Source: the human T2T-CHM13v2.0 reference genome, Homo sapiens. From it: a stretch of 64,000 nt of DNA. Shown in pieces: positions 54,753-64,000 of the stretch; position 1 is the first letter of the stretch; each line of letters starts with the position of its first letter. The stretch is from assembly GCF_009914755.1 (NCBI RefSeq), contig NC_060945.1. One strand, 5' to 3'. The position numbers were made by a program, and so were the translations under genes. The notes beneath the pieces are model-generated. The model saw only the letters and a list, made by a program, of their open reading frames with translations. It was not told the origin of the DNA and searched no databases.

Positions 54753-55519
54753 GAGAGATTTAGAGAAAGCTCCATGGATAACTGCTCAGGGCAGACAGAA
54801 TGCCCGAGACACGGTAATTCACCGTCTGTAAAAGCCACCAAGACACCTGCGATGGTTTCTAAAGTCTTCCCACTTCAGTGTTCCTAAATTAGCTCTAAAT
54901 ACTTACTTTTTAATTCAGGAAAGAAAAACAAAAATCACTGGCAAAAGTCATAGAGTTAAAATAATATTGAGAAGGATTTCTAGGTTAATACCCTGACTTC
55001 CATTTCAGAGCAAAATTTTAAGTTTTCAAACAGATCTTTTCCATCTCTGAGATTCCTAAACTCTAGCATGTCTGTGAACTCCTTATTAGATATTCAACTT
55101 TCTAAATTCACAGAGACTAAGTTTCTCTATATATTCGGCTTGTAAATCAATGAAGAGTGATTATTTTAAAACAGCATAAACTAGCATTGTTTTTACTTTT
55201 GTTTCTACGCGCCAAAAAAGAGGAAATATCCCTTAAAATGAAAACAAGTTTTCTAGCCACAGGAAGAAGACAAAATTCAAGTAACTAAATTATACCTATA
55301 AATATTTTGGCTGATCGTTCTAGGGCTTGAAGTTTTAATTAATTGGAAATATTTTACACAACGTTCAGCAATAACATCTATAAACATATAAAATGTGCAA
55401 AACTTCTAAAATGGCCTGGTCGTTAAAGTGTTAAAGTATGTGCTAATGGAAGCATAGCGAGGGAGCTCTGCTGAAGATTTCTCTATATGTCCTCACTTTG
55501 CAGCATAGGAAAGATTGCT

Positions 55520-55535
55520 CTGCCACCTATTGGCC
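55520..55535 (-). promoter_or_regulatory. Candidate CTCF site
   Basis: Minus strand GGCCAATAGGTGGCAG, one mismatch to the CCASYAGRKGGCRS core. Confidence 0.35.
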
Positions 55536-56093
55536 TTCCTTATGAAATAGATTTAATCTTACCTGGTAGCAAGCATTTACCTGTTCCTGGACTTGGAGAA
55601 AGCCTCAACTTAGCAAACTGCAAGCAACTCCATCTGGTCCTCTCTCAGGCTTTTGGTCAAGACTGGGTCCACCAAGGAAAATAGCAGGACTCCCACTGTC
55701 ACCTCTGTGGACCCACTCTGAGAGGCAGCGGATTACTCCCCTCAACTGCACTTAAGAAGGCCACATATTCACAGCACAGTGGGCCAGAGGCTGTTCAACA
55801 AATGCTTGCTGGCCCCACCTGGACACAACCAGGAATTTAGGCTGAATTAACCTCTCATTCTCCGTACATGGCCTGAACACATTAAAAAAGGATGTCCTCC
55901 CCCGAGGTGTTTGGTGGACCAGGATGGCAAAGAAATATACTAATTTAGCTCATCACTGGGTCCCACCCAGGAAATTCTACGAATGTGCGTGAGTTTACTT
56001 TGACCAGGTATCTTGACCTGGAATTTCTTGAATTAACTAGAATGAGATGAACCTAGTTGGGATGGGAACATCTAGGACAAAATGATAATTCTT

Positions 56094-56264
56094 TTTCATT
56101 TTCTTTTTTTTTTTTTTGAGACAGGATCTTGCTCTGTCACACAGTCTGGAGTATAGTGGTGCAATCACAGCTCACTGCAGCCCCAAACTACTGGGCTCAA
56201 GAGATCCTCTTGCCTTGGCCTCTCAAAATGCTGGGATTACAGGCATGAGCCACTGTGCCCAGCC
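56094..56264 (-). mobile_element. Monomeric AluJ/FRAM-like element
   Basis: 171 bp bounded by TSD aatgataa(t/c)tctt at 56081-56093 and 56265-56277. Confidence 0.9.
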
Positions 56265-56439
56265 AATGATAACTCTTGATTTTCTTTTCTTGTTGATTAA
56301 ATAGCACCAACCACTAAACTTTAACCAGCTGGGTCAAGTAATCAATAATATTTGTGTTTTTAGCAGGGAAATGACTAACATGTAGCTCTAGGCAGTTGAC
56401 ACAGTCTTCTTGGGTATCTCTACCTCCTGCCTACCCTCC

Positions 56440-56720
56440 CTATCCACAATGCCACCATATTTGACAGCTTCAATGACTTCTCCATCGAGCCTCTCTGGTT
56501 CTAGTCTCATTCCCCCACCCCAACATCACCGACTCCTCCTCTAAGCTGCTTCCAGAGCGGTTTTCCAAGATGCAAATCTGGTGACATCATTCCTTCGTTT
56601 GAAATTCTTCAGCAGCTCCTCATCCCCCATCAAAGGAACCTCAGATCTTTATCATGGAATATGTGACCTTCTGAGATTTTACCTTCCTTTCCAGAGTCCT
56701 TTCCCACCAATCCTTCATCA
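56440..56720 (+). mobile_element. L2 fragment
   Basis: 'ccagagcggttttccaagatgcaaatctggtgacatcattcc...ttcttcagcagctcc'. Confidence 0.65.
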
Positions 56721-57679
56721 GCCTAATCAATACTAGCAGTGGGGTGGAAGGAAGATGAGAACTGGTATAGCAGGAATGCTAAGAGAAAGCATCTTTCACT
56801 TGAATATTAAAATATTCAAGGGAGAATGAAGTTTTAAAGAGTCTTTTTGAGTCCATTAACAAAGTTAATAGAACAGAAGAACATTAGATATATGAAAAGT
56901 CCATCCATGGTGTTGTGAATCCATCCTATGTACTAGAACCACAGGAGGCAGCTGCCTGGCACGTCTTTCAGAATTTTTCAGGACATAGTAAAATTATCTT
57001 CATCCTTTTGGTAGCTTCTATTTAAAACACAACTTCAAAGGTCTAATATGACTAACTTCATTTAACAAATCTCTAAACAAGGAAAATAAGGTTTGCAGTA
57101 CCCTTTTGCAATGGAGAAGTATACAGAAAGATCAAAGTATTTCCAAAAGTATTATGGAGAATTATTTATGTCTTCTAAAAGATTATATCCCTGTGCAGTT
57201 TCCTATGATAAGGACCTGGATTAACTTTGTTCTACAAAGAAAGAAAGCCTGATGTATTATATGCTTTTCCACTGCCTCCTTAAGTGGAGCCAAAGAACAA
57301 AGCATTTTCCAGGAGGAATGAAGTTGTATCTGTCCTCAGAGCTGCCTAGAGATCAAAAGAATCTTTCTAGCAGTTTTATTGGAAATTTCAGAGGCCCTTA
57401 ACTAATATTTAGCTTCATAAATGATGGGTGTTACAGGGTGGGAAAAAATTCCCACTTGTAAACTAATGGGTGGTTGTCAATCATAATTTTTGAAAAATGT
57501 TACTTAACTCAAATAAATATATTTCTGATTTCTCCTTGTTAGTATGATGGTTTTCAGTTTGTTTACAGGTAATCTCTCAAACCATTGCTTATTTCTTATC
57601 TGCCCAAAGGTAAATAAATTGTGGTAAAGCAGCATTCTATTTTTCAGATGGGAAAAACGTACAAATGAAACTCTGTGAG

Positions 57680-57917
57680 CCTATTCAACTCCTGGGGCTG
57701 CTATAACAAAGGTCCACAAACAGAGTGCCTTAAACAACAGACATTTGTTGTCGTCGAGTTCTGAAGGCTCCAAGTCCACCATCAAGGTGTCAGCAGGGTT
57801 GGTTCCCTCTAAGGCTGCGAGGGAGAATCAGTTGCAGCCTCTCCCTGGCTTCTGGGGATGCTGGTGATCCTTGTTCCTTGGCATCACCCCATCTCCACCT
57901 TCGTCTTCTCATGGCAC

Positions 57918-57974
<57 letters not shown>

Positions 57975-58139
57975 ATTTCTCCTTTTTATAAAGACGCCAG
58001 ATTAGGGCCCACCATAGTGACCTCATCTTAACAAATTACTCCTGCAACCACCGTATTTTCAAATGAGGTCACATTCTGGGACTCTAGGGGTTAGGACTTC
58101 AGCATGTGAATGTCGGGGAGACATAATTCAATCATAACA
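57680..58139 (-). mobile_element. MLT1C-like solo LTR containing (GT)n
   Basis: 'gggctgctataacaaa...atcaaggtgtcagcagggttggttcc...aggtcacattctg...ttaggacttca'. Confidence 0.9.
57921..57971. repeat. (GT)25 perfect microsatellite
   Basis: Read directly. Confidence 0.98.
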
Positions 58140-58952
58140 TTCAGGTAACCATGTTTAAGGCCATGCCTAATTTTAAAAAATCAAGAATAATCGGTTGCAG
58201 CTGATGATTCCTCGTGTGACTCTTGCCTCCTTTAGTTCTTAGAGGCCCATTTAGTCTGGGGTCATCCTGAAAACTGGTGCCAGGCAAGGGAGTCTGCAGC
58301 CACAGGAGTCTAACCGCACAGGGCTGCTTTATCTGGACAGTTCATGACACTGGGGCCTGATGCTTCCTGGACCTGCTCCTTCAATGGCGTTGGCTCACAT
58401 GCTGGGGCCACCATCGTCCCCTGGTGAGGTCGGCCGGCAATTTCTTCCCACAGAGTAGCTGGCAGCATCCTGTCCCAGCCCTGCCTCATTATCAGTCCTG
58501 GTCTCCTGGCCTGCAGGTCTTTGTTCAAACTCAAAAAGATGCTTGAACCAGGTGACTATACACTCACATCAAATACACAGAGAAAAATATTTTGAAGAGT
58601 AATGTTACAAAATGTGTAATTCCTAAAGTATACACGTGTCCTTATTAATTGGCATGGTTTTGATCATCTCCACATTATTTTTCCAGGTATCCTCCCAACT
58701 TGATCGTATAAACCTCAACGTATTGGAGTTCTGAGCATGCCAGTGTCCTTTCTTCCCTGGAGAGACATTTCTGGCTCTTCCCTAAATGCAACAAGACCCT
58801 GTAACTCTACAGAGTTTTTCTTATTAAACTAGGATACGTGCCAGCTGCACTTGCTACTCCACTAATAGCCACTTGAGTCCCTTTTAGCAACTATGTGATG
58901 ATCAAGGAGTCAGGAGTCACTATCTCACCTCCTCCTATTTCTTCTCGGCCTG

Positions 58953-59047
58953 TTGGGGTGGCCTGATCTGCCCCGGACTTTCCCATTTCAGCACTGGTGT
59001 CCACGTTCTGAGACCCCTCGGTCAGGCACACCTGGACAGTCCCCCTC
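58953..59047 (+). mobile_element. MER81-like MITE, degenerate
   Basis: 'ccggactttcccatttcagcactg...gacccctcggtc...ggcacacctggacagt'. Confidence 0.55.
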
Positions 59048-59249
59048 CTGTTAATTTACTTTCTTATATTTGAATCAACACAGCCCAAATATTATTGGCT
59101 TGTAGTTAAGCAGAATTTAAACAGATCCTATCCCTAAAACAAGCAAAAAAAGTGAAGTACACGGAAAATTAGTTACCCCTTCCTCATAATTTTTCTGGAA
59201 TAATAGGGCATCAGTAATACTCCTAACAGGTAGTTTCACCCTACCTGGG

Positions 59250-60200
59250 CCTTGCTGGAGCTCCAGTCCTGATTCTGCAGCCGTCTTCTACACATCTCTG
59301 TTTGTGTATGCCATAGCCCTGCTCAAACCCAGGCTGTTTCAACAGCCCCAAACCTCCTGAGCTCTCTTTGTTTCCACCCGGAGCTCACCTCTTTTCTTCC
59401 TGCTCTCAGTAAAAAGGCAGTTTCCTTTCTTTTCTCCTTCTCAGTCAGCAAATCATGCTGATTCTTCCTCTCTTAATAACAATAACTTAGTTTATGTGAT
59501 GCTTCCTGGGTTTACAAAGGGCTCTTGTAACCATTCAGTATTAGATCTTCATCGTGACTTAGTGCAGTGAGGTGGTGAATGAGAATTACCTTTATTTTCA
59601 GATACAAAGACCAACTCAGCAACACCAAGGCTGGTCAAACTCACATCATTAAGTACTAAGTAGTAAATACTGGCTCTTGAATGTGGGTCCCCTTTCCTAC
59701 GCTGTTTCTTCTTTTTGAAAGACTCTGATGTTCTCTGTGTGTGTGTGTTTTCTCACTGCTGACACCCTAGACGAAGCTGTCACCACCCGCCACCCAGATC
59801 ATTTGGCCCTCACTGGATTTCCTGGCTGGAGAGTATCTTCCTCCAGCAATCCTATATACTAGAACCACAAACCATGGGTCCCCATCATATCCCCTCTGTT
59901 ATAAACCTCAGTCTCTCATCACCACACACAGGAGGAAGTCTTCAATCCCTTTCTGGTGACCAAATGCTTTCAAACCCTGCCCCACTTCTGTTTGGCTTTA
60001 CCACTCGGACCTTCAAGTATGGACTCCCAATCCAGCCCACCACTGCAGTCTCCAGGAGTGCCACGCATCCTCAACCGCACGTCTTTGCTCTCCTTTTGCT
60101 GGGACAGTCCATGTTCCTTCTCTGAACAATCCAAGACCTTTTATTTCAACTCATGCATGGCTCCACCTTAAGGTCTCCCTCAACCACTCCAGCCCCCATT
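59250..60200. mobile_element. L2 fragments (+) with an antisense MIR (~59475-59710)
   Basis: L2 'cagcaaatcatgctgattcttcct', 'cccatcatatcccctctgtt'; MIR 'gtttacaaagg...ttattttcagat'. Confidence 0.55.
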
Positions 60201-61054
60201 TATTTCCACCTTCAACCAAGTCCTGCGGCCGGTTTGCAGATACAAGTGGACTCACTCCTTACCCACTATCATCCCTTCTAGTGACCTTTATCTGCAAATT
60301 TGGTGAAAACTATGTTTTCCATTCTCATTAGCAGCTCAGGTTCTCTCTGGTCAGTAGCTATGTTCTAGGCAGTCACCCAGGGGAGACTTGGAAGGGAGCT
60401 CCCTAGGAGCACCCAAGAAACACACACAGCTGTGGCAGGCATGAGGTTTCTCCTGTAATAGTTCCATGCTGTGGGTGGGTGTTCCTCCTGCTGTGTTGCA
60501 CACAAGCATAGCTCTCTGAACCTCTTTGAATTTCCACACACTACCTGACACCCTACAGCTTACAGACTTTCAATGAACTAGACTGAATTCTGTTGTCCAG
60601 AACTAAGAACTCCGAGGCATACGCTATAATGCTCCTGCTAATTTTGGTACTCCGTCGAATACCACCTTACATTATACCTTTTTCATTTAAATCTCTAATT
60701 GGTCAGATACTCCAGCCCCCAGCAGATATATGTAGCTCCTTCGGCCTTCAGGTCCACAACAAGAAACCGGCAATTGTGCCATGCCAATAATGCTATTGGG
60801 CCACAGTGGCTGAGCAGAGATCTTGGAGGGGAAGGAGGAAGAGTAAACACTAGGACATGAACCTGGAGCACCCACCCCCCGGCCTGGGACTCTGCTTTTC
60901 AGTTTCTCTGTTAGATTCCCTCCTGACTTGCCTTTCTTGGCAATCCATGTGTCTGGGTAGGAAGAAGAGCCTGGAGGTGCCTTCCACTTGGAAGGGGTCT
61001 CCAGAATAAATCAAGAGTCAAGTGGGAAATGGAGCAGGGAAGCCAGATAACCTG

Positions 61055-61494
61055 CCTCTGGCTTCAAGCCATGTGCTGGCAAGACACAGATAGGTTTTAC
61101 ACCAGCATGTTAAAAAGCTGGCACAGATGGAAACAAAAACACTTTATTCTTCCATCACAGCAGGTGTTCATATAGAAATGCATTCACTTCTTTTAATCAG
61201 GGTAGAGGTATTGAGGGAGGAGGGGGGACACAGTACAGATCAGTGTATATTGTCCAGACTCATTTCTTAATTTACATGTATTTTTTTCTAAAATATAATA
61301 AACATTGCTTTGTCATTCTTCCCCTGTTCCTCAACTGTCTTTTGTACCCATCATAAAACTTGAATCCATTGACTTGTTGCCAGGTGACAAGTACTTGCAG
61401 GCTGGGTCCTTCCCTTTGTTGTGTCTGTAGTGTTCATGGCTGGATCAGGGCTTAGGACATATCGGGGCTTAGGACATAGCAACCACCTGTGCTA
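61055..61494. repeat. Local direct duplication, copy 1 (paralogue at 62512-62930)
   Basis: Colinear from 'cctctg(g)cttcaagc..tgtgctggcaagacacagatagg' to 'ttaggacatagca..ac.tgtgcta'; copy 1 has an extra 17-bp tandem unit at 61444-61477. Confidence 0.95.
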
Positions 61495-62511
61495 AAAAAG
61501 AAGTTCTCCTGTCCAGTTTAGTTTACCAAGGATTGAACTTCCTTAGAGAGGTTTAACACCAATGCCCTGGACATAATACACCCCGTGATCTCGTCTGCTC
61601 CTGTTCAGTGAGCCTCTCTCTTTCTCTCTATCTTTCTCTCTCTCTCTGTCCCTGGAAGGGTTGCAGGAAGCAGAGCAGGGAGTCAAGGATTTGATCCATT
61701 CCTGGCCACACATGGTCATAACTAAGATAACTAGCCCTTGCCTACAACTGCAGTATAAACCACAGAAGGGCAGGCAACAGGCTCTGGGCTTCAGCCGTCA
61801 CTTTGTCTGCTATCTGCTAATTGTATAAATACTGGCTGAACAAATGCACTTAACACTTTACACCTCGAAAAATTCGCATGGAATCCATTTTCATTTCTTA
61901 CTTGATGAGAAGACCCCTTCCGGAGTTATGACTTTAGAAGTCTGGAAATTCAATGTGGCACACATATGCTGAGATCCCAGCATAGGAGAACTAAAAACAA
62001 ACTGGGGTGATTTTTTAAGTAATAAAAACAACAATAAGAACTCTAAGCCATATACAAATAACTGATGGGGAAAAAAAACTCTTTTTAGCAAATTATATCA
62101 CAGCCAAAAGTAAAATAAAATTCAGTGTTATTTTATTATTTTTACTGAATTGTAATTGTTTAATTATTATAAATGGGAGTCATTGCAAAAAAAAAAGTCA
62201 TTTTGGTCATAGTAGCCCATTGATTAATAAGTTCCACTGAATGTTTAACAATATACAGAACATTTTAAACAAAAAAGAGTTAACAGCAAAGAATACATAC
62301 TCCTTGATGTTGGTTTCGCTTGTAGCTCTAAATACTGATGGAAAACCTGTTCCCTGTCATAGAAAACTACTTCTCTAAGCACTTGCACTGCACTAATTGA
62401 TCTTTTAATTGGCTCAGTCAACACTCTAGTCTTTCTACACAACAAGTTCTAATTGCTACATGCAACTGGAGCAACACTCAGATTATCAAGAAGACAGAGG
62501 CATCCTATCAA

Positions 62512-62930
62512 CCTCTGCTTCAAGCAGTGTGCTGGCAAGACACAGATAGGTGTTACACCAGCATGTTAAGAAGCTGGCACAGATGAAAACAAAAACACTT
62601 TATTCTCCCATCACAGCAAGTGTTCATATAGAAGTGCATTCACTTCTTTTAATCAAACTAGGAGTATTGAGGGAGGGAGCAAACGGTATAGAGATCAATG
62701 TATGTTGTCCAGACTGGTTTCTTAATTTACATGTATTTTTTTCTGAAATAAAATAAAGGTGCCTTTGCCATTCTTCTCCTGTTCCTCAGCTGTCTTTTGC
62801 ACCCATAAAACCTGAATTTATTTACTTGTTACCAGGTGACAAGTACTTGGAGGATAAGTCCTTTCCTTTTTTTGTATCTGTAATGCCCATGGCTGGATCA
62901 GGCCTTAGGACATAGCAGTCACGTGTGCTA
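62512..62930. repeat. Local direct duplication, copy 2
   Basis: See copy 1; the offset is about 1.45 kb. Confidence 0.95.
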
Positions 62931-63022
62931 TGAATGAGTTTACGTCTAAAATTCACTCCTATTTGATGAATGTCTTTTCTAATTAAGTAATAGCAAGCAA
63001 TCAGTAAAATGTTATAATAAAG

Positions 63023-63192
63023 CAGGATTTCTTAACGCTGGCACTATTGACATTTGGGGCCAGATCATTCTTCTTTGCTGGGCTGTTCTGTGCGCTGCAG
63101 GATATGTGGCAGCATCCCCAGCCTCCACCCACTAGACACCAGTAGTACACAGTAGCCCCCCTAAAAATCACTGCTCCTGTTGAGAAGTCCTG
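63023..63192 (-). mobile_element. MER20
   Basis: 'ggcactattgacatttggggccagat...agcatccccagcctccacccactagacaccagtag...ttgagaagtcctg'. Confidence 0.88.
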
Positions 63193-63892
63193 GACTAAAG
63201 ATGCCATACATACACAGATCAGATACTTTCCTACAAAACTACGCAATTCAGGCTTATTCATTTCTTTTCGAGAAGTTGTTTTCACTAAAATAACACTCCC
63301 TGGATAGGCTCAGAAATGAAACAGAGAGGAAGGAAAAAAAGCTGATCTAAAGTGATCTAAATCAAACAACTTCAGTGGATTATTAAAAGCAGTCACAACA
63401 AAAAATGAAAATGAAACAAAAAGCCCTCGTAATCCACGTCTCTCTGAAGGAATTGTCTGGGAATTATTTAACCCTCCACCCAGCCTTTCTGTGTGTCATT
63501 CTCCATCCATCCTTGATGACTTGTCTCCTAAGGAGCTTGTTAGGAGTTCTGAATGCAGCCAAGGAGGAGTCAGGTCTCTCACTGACAATGGATTATGCTG
63601 GTGTAAAGCATGCTTTCCAATTTACAGACAGAAGAAAATGAATGGAGAATGGTTCTTTAACTCATTGATTCATTTGTGTCCTTATTTCTTCCCTCACACC
63701 CTTCATTCCTTTTTTCCTCCTTGTGTTTCTCGTCTTTCTACTTCTCTTTCTCCTTTTCCTTCTTGACTTCTAGACTCTTTCATTTCTCTAGATAAACATC
63801 AATGTTTTCTATCTAAATGCTGAAATTAAGAAATATTTTAAAAATAGTTTTGGAATTCATGGCTTTAAAAAAACACATTCAAGGCAGCAATC

Positions 63893-64000
63893 TTTTTTTA
63901 ATTATTATTATACTTTAAGTTCTGGGATACATGTGCAGAATGTGCAGATTTGTTACATAGGTATACACGTGCCATGGTGGTTTGCTGTACCCATCAACCC
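63893..64000 (-). mobile_element. L1PA 3' end running off the window
   Basis: 'tactttaagttctgggatacatgtgcagaatgtgcag...gtgccatggtggtttgctg'. Confidence 0.95.

Overview
Primate, very probably human, non-coding genomic DNA: it carries AluJ/S/Y, L1PA, THE1/MST/MLT1 LTRs, MIR, L2, L3 and hAT MITEs, is moderately AT-rich and has no CpG island. I found no protein-coding exon, tRNA, rRNA gene or CRISPR array. The ORF track is explained by Alu/L1/LTR antisense frames, low-complexity DNA and chance. I cannot name the locus. Roughly half the window is recognisable transposon debris, and many elements keep their target-site duplications (TSDs). The most notable signals are: (1) a near full-length, very old 5S-rRNA-headed AmnSINE1-like element at ~21.5-22.0 kb, a family repeatedly exapted as developmental enhancers; (2) a ~430-bp local duplication of non-transposon DNA at 61.1 and 62.5 kb, with uneven divergence and poly(A) signals kept on both strands; (3) a strong non-coding + strand exon candidate at 27032-27177 with possible partner exons; (4) several repeat-free blocks rich in homeodomain/SOX/POU/AP-1 motifs; (5) unstable simple repeats born from transposon sequence. 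Repeat subfamily names come from my recollection of consensus sequences, not from a database search. Boundaries without a TSD are approximate. All regulatory and splicing calls are motif-level hypotheses.
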